From a virus (taxonomy: Duplodnaviria > Caudoviricetes): a DNA stretch of 34,802 nucleotides. The notes beneath the pieces are model-generated. The model did no database searches. It was not told where the DNA came from and saw only the letters and a list, made by a program, of their open reading frames with translations. The stretch's first letter is position 1; every line of letters begins with the position of its first letter. Positions 7,037 through 16,583 of this stretch are shown in pieces. Both the position numbers and the translations under genes were made by a program. The stretch is taken from the IMG/VR virus record IMGVR_UViG_3300033388_003295, positions 1-34,802 of that record; one strand, 5' to 3'.

Positions 7037-8647
7037 TTATTCAGCTAAGGTCATTTCACCCATAGCATCTACATTATATGTTTGTCCTTGATAATTTACT
7101 TGTTTTTGAGGTGTTTTAGTACTTCCAGTTCCTTGTTTTATCATTTTTGCTTTTTCTGCAAAAGCTCTAATTACATTAAGTTCATTTTTAAAAGAAGTTT
7201 CATCAATATTATAACCTTTAGTTCTACCGTCTTTGTCTTCTATTTTCCAAGTTCCAATTTTTGTAGCAGCAGCAGCTAACATTCCTAGCTCTTTTTCTGA
7301 TAATGCTCCAAAAGTAGCCCCTCTAGATTTCGCTGCAATTAAATTTTCTAAAGTTAAGGTTGATACAATTTTTTCAACTGAACCTATAAAAGATTGTGTT
7401 TTACCTGTTAAAGTTCCTAATCCTATTCTAGCAAGAACATTTGGTCCGACTGCTTCTAATATTCCGCTACCTTGTTCTAGTAATGAATCAATATTAGTTA
7501 TAATAGAATCTTCTCCAGCTGTATCTTGAGCAGCTTTACCTGGTGCTTCTACTGTTCCTGTTGTAGCATAAACTCCTTTTGTTTTATTGAAAATATTACC
7601 GTCTTTATCAAATATATACTCATCATTTTTTTCTCTAGGGCTTCTAATCCAAGTTCCAGTAGAAGCATTATAAATACCACCATCAACTGTTATAAGATTA
7701 TCTTCAGGATTTCTTAACTTATAAGCTTCAGCTAATTTTTTAACTGTTTCAGCTTCTGTTTCAGTTGTTTCAGCTTGAGTTTTAGCTAAGTCAGCAGCTT
7801 CTTTCTCTTCTAGTCTTTGTTTTTCTGCTACTTGAGCGTCATAAGAAGATTTAGCATATTTATAAGTATTAGATATGTCTGAAGCTTTAACTCCCATTGT
7901 AGCAGCTAAATCTGCAACGGCATCTTCTTTACTTAAATCTACACCTTTTAATAATGCTGATTGAACAATATTACTTATATTAGTTTCTGTTTTAGCTTGT
8001 CTATTCTTTAAATAATCAACTAGAGCACCTGGACTTCCACTATAAGCTGCTTGTTTTGCTGCAATCTCTTTATCTGCTGTTCTTCTAGCTTCCGACATAA
8101 GAGCTGAAACTGCTTGTTGAGTAGCTGTATCAATTTGAGATTGTCCTGCTTGTAATCGCTCTTCTTGTGCTGTTTGTAGTGTTGATTTTTCTGCTGCACC
8201 GCTAACTTGTCCTAACATTCCGGCACCGGCAAGTAATGCTCTTTGAGAGCCTACTTCTTCTTCTGATTGTATTCCTAATCTTCTGCCTAATTCTGCTTTT
8301 TGAGCAGCAGCAGCTTTATTTAAAGCATCAATTTCTGATTGAAATCTTGTCAAAGTACCTTCTCTTATTGCAGTTTCATCAGGTTCTTTATATTGAGTTT
8401 GTTTAAATGCTGCTTCTTCTGCCTCACTTAATTCTTTTTCTTGAGCTGTTTCAGGTGTATATAATCCCAAAACATCATCTGGTGTTTGGTCTGATGTTTT
8501 ATGTGGAGCATATTTTGTAATATTATCAATATCAGAAGATGCACCAGCTCTTAATCTTTGTTCTGTTTGTGTTCCAATATCATATCCAATATCTTCACTT
8601 CTTGCTAATATATTTTCTATGTCTTGTTTTGTATATTTTTTTACCAT
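7037..8647 (-). CDS. Putative DNA-ejection (internal virion) protein, coiled-coil
   Basis: Ala/Gln-rich helical protein between the fibres and the large ejection gene; C-terminal GATFGALSEKELGML motif is typical of podophage ejection proteins. Confidence 0.7.
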   Translation of the reverse strand: MVKKYTKQDIENILARSEDIGYDIGTQTEQRLRAGASSDIDNITKYAPHKTSDQTPDDVLGLYTPETAQEKELSEAEEAAFKQTQYKEPDETAIREGTLTRFQSEIDALNKAAAAQKAELGRRLGIQSEEEVGSQRALLAGAGMLGQVSGAAEKSTLQTAQEERLQAGQSQIDTATQQAVSALMSEARRTADKEIAAKQAAYSGSPGALVDYLKNRQAKTETNISNIVQSALLKGVDLSKEDAVADLAATMGVKASDISNTYKYAKSSYDAQVAEKQRLEEKEAADLAKTQAETTETEAETVKKLAEAYKLRNPEDNLITVDGGIYNASTGTWIRSPREKNDEYIFDKDGNIFNKTKGVYATTGTVEAPGKAAQDTAGEDSIITNIDSLLEQGSGILEAVGPNVLARIGLGTLTGKTQSFIGSVEKIVSTLTLENLIAAKSRGATFGALSEKELGMLAAAATKIGTWKIEDKDGRTKGYNIDETSFKNELNVIRAFAEKAKMIKQGTGSTKTPQKQVNYQGQTYNVDAMGEMTLAE

Positions 8648-8654
8648 ATTTTTA

Positions 8655-9410
8655 TTAATTTAAAAGATTATCTGCATAAGCTTTATTTGATAATTGATTA
8701 TCTGTTGTGGGATTTCCTGGCAATACAGGAATACTAGAAAATGTCTTAACTCCTGCTGCTGTCTGCGCTGTGTCTAAATCCATATTATTATCTAAAGCTG
8801 AGTTATCTTCTGTAACAAATTTATTAATTGATGATGGTGTTCCTGAACTTCCTGTCATTGCATCTTTTTCATCTGTTGTTGGTACTCTATTATCATTATT
8901 ACCTAAAAATATAGGATTGTCTACATTGTCAGGTGTTACGCTTGTTTTAGCTATTCCTTTTACTGTTGTTGAGGCATCTGACTTAACTGAAATAGCTAAA
9001 TCATCAGCATATTTCTTAACTCCAATCATCTTATCATTATTAATTACAGGAGCTGCATCATATTTAATAGGATTATCTTTATCTAAAGTACCATCACCTG
9101 TAAATATATCATTAATATCTTTTATGCTTGCAAAATTTGTTATTGCTACTGAAGCACCATATCTGTGTTCTCTTATAACTCCTGATGCTTTTACTCCTTG
9201 CATTGAAACTGTTTGTATTTCTGTTAATTCTTTTCCTGTTAATAAGCAATAAATATGTTCTTTAAGACTGCTTGAACTATCTAAAGTAAAATAATAATAT
9301 CCATTTGGCAAAACAATACTATCCAAATCTATATTATTTTGAATAGTACCTGTTGTTTCTCCTACTGCAATTTTTGTTTTAAGTTGTGTTTCAAAGTCTG
9401 CTATTATCAT
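8655..9410 (-). CDS. Tail fibre/needle paralog lacking the C-terminal domain
   Basis: Colinear with the first ~255 aa of 9412-10509 (IIADF.T.L.TKI, YFT.D, KEHI.C.L, VREHR.GA, TDFA/TNFA, ASTTVKGI.K.SV.P, D.RVPTTDE, QT.AG.KTFSS.P.LP). Confidence 0.75.
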   Translation of the reverse strand: MIIADFETQLKTKIAVGETTGTIQNNIDLDSIVLPNGYYYFTLDSSSSLKEHIYCLLTGKELTEIQTVSMQGVKASGVIREHRYGASVAITNFASIKDINDIFTGDGTLDKDNPIKYDAAPVINNDKMIGVKKYADDLAISVKSDASTTVKGIAKTSVTPDNVDNPIFLGNNDNRVPTTDEKDAMTGSSGTPSSINKFVTEDNSALDNNMDLDTAQTAAGVKTFSSIPVLPGNPTTDNQLSNKAYADNLLN

Positions 9411-9411
9411 A

Positions 9412-10509
9412 TTATTGTACTGTTATTTCTGATAAAAATGTAACTGATGGATAACCATTTTGATAGTATCCGTCCCATGTTGAACCAGTCCAATAGCCAA
9501 GAATAGTAGATGAAGTACTATTAAAGTAAAAAGCATTTGTTTGGATACTAGATAATGTTTTGCCAAGTAAAGAACAAATTTTATTATATGTATTAGCATC
9601 ACTTTTTAATGCAAAAGGGTATCCATTCCCTTGTATTCTTACTGAATCTACTATTCTTAAATTAAAATATGTTTTCCCTCTTTTTGAATAATAAATTGTA
9701 GCAGTGCCGTCTACAACACTTCCTGTTGTAACTACTAATAAATCATCAATATATTTTTTAGTAACTGCTTGATTAGCAGTTGTTGGAGTTGTTGCTGGTA
9801 AAATAGGTAAAGAACTAAAGGTTTTTATTCCTGCTACTGTTTGAGCACCTGTTAATTTAACATTATTTGTTAAATTAGGGTCATCTTCTGTAACATATAC
9901 ATTTGCACTTGAAGGTGTTCCTGTTCCTACAAGAGCATTGTTTTCGTCTGTTGTGGGTACTCTAGGGTCATTATCTCCAACTGCAATAGGATTTGTTGCA
10001 CTTGCCGGAGCTACTGACATTTTTGTAATACCTTTTACTGTTGTTGAGGCATTAGGAGCACCTACATTTGCTAAATCATCCATATACTTTTTTGTTGCTA
10101 GTTCTTCGTCATTTGTAATTGAAGGTTCTGCGTCATATAATAACGGATTATCAGCATCTAAATCAGTTGTACCATTAAGTAAATCATTAATCTTTTTAAT
10201 ATGTGCAAAATCTGTAATTATAATAGTTGCACCTACTCTGTGTTCTCTTACTGCATTTGCTGTTTCTACTCCTTGTCTTGAAACTGATTTAATACTTGTC
10301 ATTGCTTTTGTTGTACTATTTAACTCACAAGAAATATGCTCTTTTTGAGAATTATCTCCATCTATTGTAAAAAAATATCTACCATTTGGGATAGTATTGC
10401 CATCATCATCAGTACTTGATAATAATGTACCAGTTGAAGCCCCTATATCTATTTTTGTTGCAAGACTTGTTTGAAAATCTGCAATTATTTTTGCTAATTC
10501 TGTTGCCAT
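9412..10509 (-). CDS. Tail fibre / tail protein
   Basis: ATKKYMDD, ASTTVKG, QTVAGIKTFSS and TKKYIDD fibre-shaft motifs; position after the nozzle. Confidence 0.8.
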   Translation of the reverse strand: MATELAKIIADFQTSLATKIDIGASTGTLLSSTDDDGNTIPNGRYFFTIDGDNSQKEHISCELNSTTKAMTSIKSVSRQGVETANAVREHRVGATIIITDFAHIKKINDLLNGTTDLDADNPLLYDAEPSITNDEELATKKYMDDLANVGAPNASTTVKGITKMSVAPASATNPIAVGDNDPRVPTTDENNALVGTGTPSSANVYVTEDDPNLTNNVKLTGAQTVAGIKTFSSLPILPATTPTTANQAVTKKYIDDLLVVTTGSVVDGTATIYYSKRGKTYFNLRIVDSVRIQGNGYPFALKSDANTYNKICSLLGKTLSSIQTNAFYFNSTSSTILGYWTGSTWDGYYQNGYPSVTFLSEITVQ

Positions 10510-10526
10510 ATTTTTATTTTAAATTA

Positions 10527-12398
10527 TTATACTGGATTATTCAAGTCTGTTGTTTCTCCATCTAAACTAACATTTTGTTTACTTCTATATCTCTTTGGTA
10601 TTCTTTTTTCAAAGATTAATATATCTCTATCCATCATCAAGCTAATTGAGGCATATCCTATACCAATTGCCTTGAACATTCTTTGTCTTTTTCTAAATTT
10701 TGGTGTTTTTACTTTTAATTCACAAAAGAAAGGATAAGAATCTGCTGTCTGACCACCTCCAATTTGAATTTCTCCAATCATATTGACACCAACTAATTGT
10801 GGATTTGCATAATCTACATAAGTACCATTTCCTAAAATTGTTCCAACTAGTTCAAAATCTGCATCGTCATAAGCCTCCCAAACTTCTATTGACTGGTCTG
10901 GGTCTATTAATCCCATTATTCTTATCTTTTTATACTTCTTTAAATTCTCTGTAATTGTTCCTAAATATTTATCATTTTTTGATTTCCAGTAATTATCAAT
11001 TGCATAACCATCATCATCATAACCATTATATATTTGATAAACTGTTTGTGTTATAGGACTGCCAACATAAATTTTTCCTGCATCTTTAACCATAACTCTA
11101 GCCTCATAAGAAGTAATATCAACTGTTTTATCTTCAATTGAGCATAAAAGTATAGTGTCATTTACTTCTGAACTTGAACTTTTACACATAACTGCAATAT
11201 ATTTATCAAAGGTTTCTATTGAGCAATCAGAATAATCATATAAAGTAAAATCAAATTGTTTAAATAATCTATATGGCTCAATATTATCTCCGTAAATATT
11301 TCTTTGAAGTATTATTAGTTCGGGATTATCCGGGTTAGCTGTATTCATAAATACTATTCCTTTTGATGTTGATACTGCTGCTCTAAAAGATTGAATACCT
11401 ATATCCCTTCTATAAACTAAATTTGTAAATGTTGTATCGTCTGCTGAAATGTTTAAATAATAAGCTGACTGTTCTTTTAAAGAGTAATATGTTCCGTCTT
11501 GACTTACTTCTATATCTAAAATTGCATCTCCTCCGATATCTTGTGTTATTCTATTACCTTCTGAAGCAACTCTTGTAGCGCTAAATGTAAAATCTGCTAA
11601 TCCATCATTTTTAGAATCTTCCCATTGATAATCTACTGTTCCAACTCCTGCATTTGAAAGAGTATAAGCTCCAGTTGTATAATTAATAGTTCCAGTTCCA
11701 CCAGCTGAACCTGTCAATGTTCCGTCTTTGTTATCTGTATATACTTCTGATGTAGCTGTTATCGTAAATTCTGGAGCAAAAGAGTTTCTTGATGCTCCTC
11801 CTGCTTTAAATGCTAACGTTCCACTTAAAGATGTAAAGTTTTCATCTGATACAGTTGTATAAACTGTTCCGTCTTGTGCATCTATCCAGGACATTTTAAT
11901 AGTTGTTTTAGAAGCATTTGCACAACCCCACATTATCAATCTTCCTCTATCAATCAATATTTTACCTTTATCATTTAAGGTTTCGTCATAAAGAGATACA
12001 TAAGAGCCAGGATTTGCATTATTTATCTTATAAAAACCATCTATTCCACTAATAAATGTAAATGAACCAGCAAGAGATGAATAATTTGCAAAAGAATATT
12101 CAGAACCTGATGTTAATCCTGTAATTATATCTGTCCAAGTTGAACCATTTAAATATTGTAATTTTGTTTCTGTTTTTCTATATAATACTTTATCTCCATT
12201 TGCTTTGTATCCAAAATGTAAACCTCTGATATATCCTACAGCTCCTTCAGTACCGATTAAATTTCTACCATTAATTAAAACAATACTACCATCTTTTGTT
12301 ATCCAGTTTTTTGAATCAGAAGCTGCATCTGATTTAATGTTTTCAGAATTTATCGTATTTTGTACTCCTTTATTGAATTGTTTTACTGTTAAATCCAT
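10527..12398 (-). CDS. Tail nozzle / stabilisation protein (P22 gp10 / T7 gp12-like)
   Basis: 623-aa beta-rich protein following the adaptor; N-terminal F.KG..N...N motif; synteny. Confidence 0.7.
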   Translation of the reverse strand: MDLTVKQFNKGVQNTINSENIKSDAASDSKNWITKDGSIVLINGRNLIGTEGAVGYIRGLHFGYKANGDKVLYRKTETKLQYLNGSTWTDIITGLTSGSEYSFANYSSLAGSFTFISGIDGFYKINNANPGSYVSLYDETLNDKGKILIDRGRLIMWGCANASKTTIKMSWIDAQDGTVYTTVSDENFTSLSGTLAFKAGGASRNSFAPEFTITATSEVYTDNKDGTLTGSAGGTGTINYTTGAYTLSNAGVGTVDYQWEDSKNDGLADFTFSATRVASEGNRITQDIGGDAILDIEVSQDGTYYSLKEQSAYYLNISADDTTFTNLVYRRDIGIQSFRAAVSTSKGIVFMNTANPDNPELIILQRNIYGDNIEPYRLFKQFDFTLYDYSDCSIETFDKYIAVMCKSSSSEVNDTILLCSIEDKTVDITSYEARVMVKDAGKIYVGSPITQTVYQIYNGYDDDGYAIDNYWKSKNDKYLGTITENLKKYKKIRIMGLIDPDQSIEVWEAYDDADFELVGTILGNGTYVDYANPQLVGVNMIGEIQIGGGQTADSYPFFCELKVKTPKFRKRQRMFKAIGIGYASISLMMDRDILIFEKRIPKRYRSKQNVSLDGETTDLNNPV

Positions 12399-13015
12399 TA
12401 ATTATTTAGTAATGAAGCATTCCAAATTTTCATATCTTCTAAAATGCTTTCATATTTAACTTGATTTTCTATTGCATACGACCTTGCTTTATCAAATTGT
12501 TGAATAATATAGCCATCAACACACATACCATGAAACAGACAAGCTGAAAATCTATCCGGAAATACCCACTCTGAAGTAGTTATTAGGTCTGTAGGATTTG
12601 AAATATAATCAAAGCTGTAAGCTCCTGAAACACTTTTAAAGAACATTATCTTACTATTTGCTATATCTAAATAACAATGATTGCCTGAATTCTCATATTG
12701 TCTTCTATCGGACCAATTGACAATAGTATATTTTTTATCATCAATATAAATTAATCTAGGTGATGAATTGTTTTGATATTCTTGAGTATTTTCAGTATAA
12801 TTTGCACTTTCACACAAACAAGCAAAGTCAGAAGGCAAATCAATATATAAACCAGAAGCTGTTCCTGAAGCCTCTTTTTTTAATATTTCCCAAGCACATT
12901 GATTAATTATATTGTTATAAATTCTTTGTGCTAATTCTAATTCTTCTTGTGAACTTAATTCTGATGTATCATCAAGATAAAGTTCAAATCTTTTTATAAT
13001 GTTTTCTATTGTCAT
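12398..13015 (-). CDS. Head-tail adaptor (P22 gp4 / T7 gp11-like)
   Basis: ~200 aa with W..L.K, LPSDF and FP.RF...L motifs; synteny. Confidence 0.7.
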   Translation of the reverse strand: MTIENIIKRFELYLDDTSELSSQEELELAQRIYNNIINQCAWEILKKEASGTASGLYIDLPSDFACLCESANYTENTQEYQNNSSPRLIYIDDKKYTIVNWSDRRQYENSGNHCYLDIANSKIMFFKSVSGAYSFDYISNPTDLITTSEWVFPDRFSACLFHGMCVDGYIIQQFDKARSYAIENQVKYESILEDMKIWNASLLNN

Positions 13016-13029
13016 AATTTTTAATCTTA

Positions 13030-13060
13030 TTCTTACCCACCATTTCTGATGAGTAAAGAA
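13030..13060 (-). terminator. Imperfect hairpin after the decoration gene (possible terminator)
   Basis: TTCTTACCCA...TGAGTAAAGAA imperfect inverted repeat; no clear U-tract. Confidence 0.35.
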
Positions 13061-13063
13061 AAA

Positions 13064-13669
13064 CTAAACTAAATGATAGCTAACTATACATTTTGCTGTT
13101 CCTGTTCCTGTGGCGAATACTGCTGTTTTTGCTCCAATATATACTCCTTTTCCCGTGATACTTGCTGTTGCGATAGCTGATAAGTCTTTTGGAGTTCTGT
13201 TTGTTAGAACTCTTCCTGTGGCTCCTGTCACTACGGTAGCTGCAATATCAGCATGCAATGTTGTTCCTGCACCATGAGCTGTATCTACATATTGAAGATT
13301 TACTACTCCTCCACCTGTAAACTGAGTAGCTGTTCCAGTTAAATCAAATACAAAATTATCTAAGATGATAGCTTTGTTTGATACTGCTGGAATAATTTCA
13401 ATTGATGTTGTGTATAAAGCAATAATTTGAGCTGCTGTCAAACTAACCTCAATTGTTCTTGTTAAAGAAGCATCTTCCCAAGAAGGAACTGCTGATGTAC
13501 CTCTATTGATATATAACTTTCCGCCGTTTGTAGTATCTGTCATTTGGCAACCAACTGCAAATTTGCTAGCTGTTGTTAAAATATTCCCAGTAGTTGTGCA
13601 TTCAGTAATCAATCCTTCTGAATCAGTATTAATGATTAAGACCCCTATTAAATCTACGTCTGTTTTCAT
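13064..13669 (-). CDS. Probable capsid decoration / minor head protein
   Basis: Thr/Ala/Gly-rich 201 aa immediately after the coat gene; LYIN.GT...PSW motif. Confidence 0.55.
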   Translation of the reverse strand: MKTDVDLIGVLIINTDSEGLITECTTTGNILTTASKFAVGCQMTDTTNGGKLYINRGTSAVPSWEDASLTRTIEVSLTAAQIIALYTTSIEIIPAVSNKAIILDNFVFDLTGTATQFTGGGVVNLQYVDTAHGAGTTLHADIAATVVTGATGRVLTNRTPKDLSAIATASITGKGVYIGAKTAVFATGTGTAKCIVSYHLV

Positions 13670-13725
13670 ATATTTTTAAATTTAATTAATTATACAATAA
13701 GAGGAGAGAAATATCTCCCCCATTA

Positions 13726-14931
13726 TTATGCTGTAATCTTAACGTCTAAGAATTGTTTTGCACCATCTGCAAAAGTTTTTAACCCAGCTAAGTAAGAAGT
13801 AAATACATTTGTACCTCTTCTGTCATCAGTTGGTCTCATGTCTACTTCTTTCATGTCTTGAATAACTAAATCAATAGCTCCTTTCTTTCCATAGTATGAG
13901 TGAATAAAGTTTGAACTCCATGAAGATGAAACTCCTGTAGTTGATAAGATTAATCTTCCTGAACCTGTTCCTACAATAGTAACAGTTGTAGCTGCGGCAG
14001 TAGCAGTTAGATTTAAAGTGTCCTCAATTACTAATTGATTTGCTGAACTTAATGCTGTAAATGTGGCAGTAGTTGTGCCAGGAGCATTAATAGCAGCTGC
14101 TAAATTAGTCATAGAAGCAGCTAAATCTGCACCAATTACAACTTCTCCGGCTACAGCTGGACCAGATGAAAGTGTTGTTTTATATGTAAACACTACACCT
14201 CCAATTGTTACTGTTTCTCCGTCTGCTAGTGTTCCTGAATCTGTAAATACAGCTTCTCCTGTTAAGTTTTCTGAAGCATAAACAGTAGCTGAACTAATCA
14301 ATCCAGAATAACCATTTTTGAATACTGATTCTACAACAGAGAATTGTTTTCCGAGTAAATACTCTTCAAAATCTGCAATTGCGAAAGCGTCCATTACTAA
14401 AGCCATGTTGTTAGCCATAATAACTTGATTAGCTCCTCTTTTTAGTTTTGCAGGCATTCTTGTTACCATTTGAGGTACTGTAGTTGAACTTAATGTAATT
14501 GGTACATCAGTTGAAACTAAAGTAGTCAAATCTCCTGTATCAAAGGTTTGGTAAGCATTTAATACTTCTGCAAAAATTCTTGAATCTAAGTCTGTTGCAA
14601 CTTTAATAGCAATCTTTCCTCCAATTACTTCACCTGGATTTAAAGGTCCAGCTTGTTTTACCTCACCATCAGAGATGTGAAATACTGCCTCTTTTTCAAG
14701 ATTAATTGTTAATAATTCTGCACTATCTGAAATTGTGTCAATAGTTGAAGCATTACCTCTAACTGTATCTCTAACTCTTACTGCAGAGATGTCAAAAGCT
14801 ACTCTTTCTATTGTTTCACCATATTTCAAATCTTTTTCAAATCTTGTATTACAAATAGGTTTTCCTACTAATACTTTTTGAAAAATATCCTCATAAGCAT
14901 TATCAAAATGCGGTTTAAAGTCTGTTAACAT
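13726..14931 (-). CDS. Major capsid protein (HK97 fold, P22 coat-like) with insertion domain
   Basis: Follows the scaffold; GETI, LTINLEK...FHI.D.E..Q and C-terminal YLAGLKTF motifs; Thr/Ala-rich insert. Confidence 0.85.
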   Translation of the reverse strand: MLTDFKPHFDNAYEDIFQKVLVGKPICNTRFEKDLKYGETIERVAFDISAVRVRDTVRGNASTIDTISDSAELLTINLEKEAVFHISDGEVKQAGPLNPGEVIGGKIAIKVATDLDSRIFAEVLNAYQTFDTGDLTTLVSTDVPITLSSTTVPQMVTRMPAKLKRGANQVIMANNMALVMDAFAIADFEEYLLGKQFSVVESVFKNGYSGLISSATVYASENLTGEAVFTDSGTLADGETVTIGGVVFTYKTTLSSGPAVAGEVVIGADLAASMTNLAAAINAPGTTTATFTALSSANQLVIEDTLNLTATAAATTVTIVGTGSGRLILSTTGVSSSWSSNFIHSYYGKKGAIDLVIQDMKEVDMRPTDDRRGTNVFTSYLAGLKTFADGAKQFLDVKITA

Positions 14932-14967
14932 AGTCGTATAATTCCATCTTTAATTTTTAATAAACTA

Positions 14968-15681
14968 CTAAAGATTAAGCCTTTTTTCTATGTTTTCATT
15001 ATATTTCTTTCTACTTACAGGGTCTGCCATAATTTGTTTAAAGTATTCAGTGTCTTTTTTGGCTTTGGTCATATCAATCTCACCCATAAATTTATCTGCT
15101 CTGTTTACTGTATTTTCCATTGTGGCTTTGCCTCTAATTAGATGTCCATAAGATATTTCTAATATCTCAGAAAACTTTTTCTTTGAATTGTTAGGATTTA
15201 AAGCCATTGCTTTGATAACTTCTTTACTTGCAATATTTTTATATTCAGGCATTTCTTCTAACACCTTTTTATATGCTTCGTTAAAGTTCTTATCAATTTG
15301 TTTAGCTTTTTCCTTTTCTTCAAGTGGCTTAACTTTTGAATTTATAACATCCTCAACGCTTTTTTTATTCTCTTGTGAGATTAAAGCTGTTAATTCTGAT
15401 GTAAATTCTGAAGGTAGATTGAATTTTTTAGAAAAATCGTCAATTGATTCTGATATTTCTACATTACTTCTACCTTTTGCCTCCCTTTTAAGTTCCTTCA
15501 TCTCTTTTTTTAATTCCAAGAATTTAGATTCAGGTACTGTTCTAGTTTGGTTTTTAAGTTCTGTTTTTGGTTCAGTTTGTGTTCCAAGTACATCACCTAG
15601 TGTTTGCTCTTCGGATTTTTTTACCTCTTGAGCTTCTGGTTTAACCTCTTCAGATTGAGTGTTCTTAGTTTCATCTGTCAT
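14968..15681 (-). CDS. Scaffolding protein
   Basis: Acidic N-terminus, TVPESKFLELKKE motif, coiled coil; directly upstream of the coat gene. Confidence 0.8.
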   Translation of the reverse strand: MTDETKNTQSEEVKPEAQEVKKSEEQTLGDVLGTQTEPKTELKNQTRTVPESKFLELKKEMKELKREAKGRSNVEISESIDDFSKKFNLPSEFTSELTALISQENKKSVEDVINSKVKPLEEKEKAKQIDKNFNEAYKKVLEEMPEYKNIASKEVIKAMALNPNNSKKKFSEILEISYGHLIRGKATMENTVNRADKFMGEIDMTKAKKDTEYFKQIMADPVSRKKYNENIEKRLNL

Positions 15682-15789
15682 AAGAATTTAACCCTTTTTA
15701 CATCATGGCTGATGGGATTTTATTCTCCTTTCGGACCAGACTTACCTATCTGTAAAACTATATAAAGGAATAGCGGCCTAATTGATTAT

Positions 15790-15818
15790 ATTTTACTATA
15801 TAGGTTTTATAATGTCAA
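15790..15818 (-). promoter_or_regulatory. Sigma70 promoter for scaffold/coat
   Basis: TTGACA (15818-15813), 17 nt, TAAAAT (15795-15790). Confidence 0.8.
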
Positions 15819-15826
15819 CATATAGA

Positions 15827-15871
15827 GTAATTTCTGCCTATACCGATGGATAGAATATAGGCAGAAAATAC
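15827..15871. repeat. Inverted repeat (12-bp perfect stem, 16 bp with 1 mismatch; 13-nt loop)
   Basis: TTTCTGCCTATA (15831-15842) / TATAGGCAGAAA (15856-15867); possible terminator or processing site. Confidence 0.8.
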
Positions 15872-15882
15872 CCTACAAGGTA

Positions 15883-16182
15883 TTATTCTTCAGGGAACGT
15901 TTTCAATAACTCTTCAAGATACTCTTTAGCTATTTTCTTTTGATTAGGAGCACTCATAAACATTTTATACATTGTAAATTTTTCTTTAAGCTCTGCACAA
16001 TAAGAAATAAGCTCTATATGAGTGGCTGTCTGATAACTAAGCATTAATTTTTCAATAGAAGTTATAATATCTAATTTTAAATTTTTGATTATAGCTTTAC
16101 CACCAATTGTTTTAGAGATAACTTCTATTTCTACATATTGTTTAATGTCAGTTCTAACTTCTTGTTTTTCTTCTTTGTTCAT
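15883..16182 (-). CDS. Hypothetical protein between portal and scaffold
   Basis: 99-aa ORF with ATGA overlap to the upstream gene; small helical genes are common at this position in podophages. Confidence 0.75.
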   Translation of the reverse strand: MNKEEKQEVRTDIKQYVEIEVISKTIGGKAIIKNLKLDIITSIEKLMLSYQTATHIELISYCAELKEKFTMYKMFMSAPNQKKIAKEYLEELLKTFPEE

Positions 16183-16583
16183 ACTTCTTTGTTATTAATA
16201 TCTAATCCTGTTTGCTTTTTAATCTCTTCTAAATTTGTTTCATCTGTTTCAATTTGAGTTTCAATCTCTTTTAACTTCTTGTCTGCTTCCTTATTAAATG
16301 TAAAAGCTTCATAATATAAATAACAAGCACATAAATTTTCAGGACTTAAATCTTTAACAATCGGATTGCTATTCTCAATATTCTTCATTGTAGCAGCTTT
16401 AATTTTTTTGTTTGCTGTAATCTCTATTAATAACTTATTAAGGCTTTTTAATGAAATTACAAGCTCTCTAGGTGTAAACTTGTTTGTTACTCCTGATACT
16501 TCTATTTCAGTATCAAAGATATTATCTTTATTCTCTTTTGTGATTTTATATTTTAAATTCTTCATTTTTTCTTTGTGGTGCAT
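16179..16583 (-). CDS. Hypothetical coiled-coil protein (start may be 16565)
   Basis: ORF overlapping the portal 3' end. Confidence 0.7.
   Translation of the reverse strand: MHHKEKMKNLKYKITKENKDNIFDTEIEVSGVTNKFTPRELVISLKSLNKLLIEITANKKIKAATMKNIENSNPIVKDLSPENLCACYLYYEAFTFNKEADKKLKEIETQIETDETNLEEIKKQTGLDINNKEV

Noticed and set aside
8655-10509. Diversity-generating retroelement or invertase-driven fibre switching
   Set aside because: No reverse transcriptase or invertase in the window; the paralogs differ at all base types rather than only at adenines.
13670-13730. Programmed frameshift/readthrough extending the coat protein
   Set aside because: The coat ends in tandem TAA TAA with no slippery site; the next gene has its own start.
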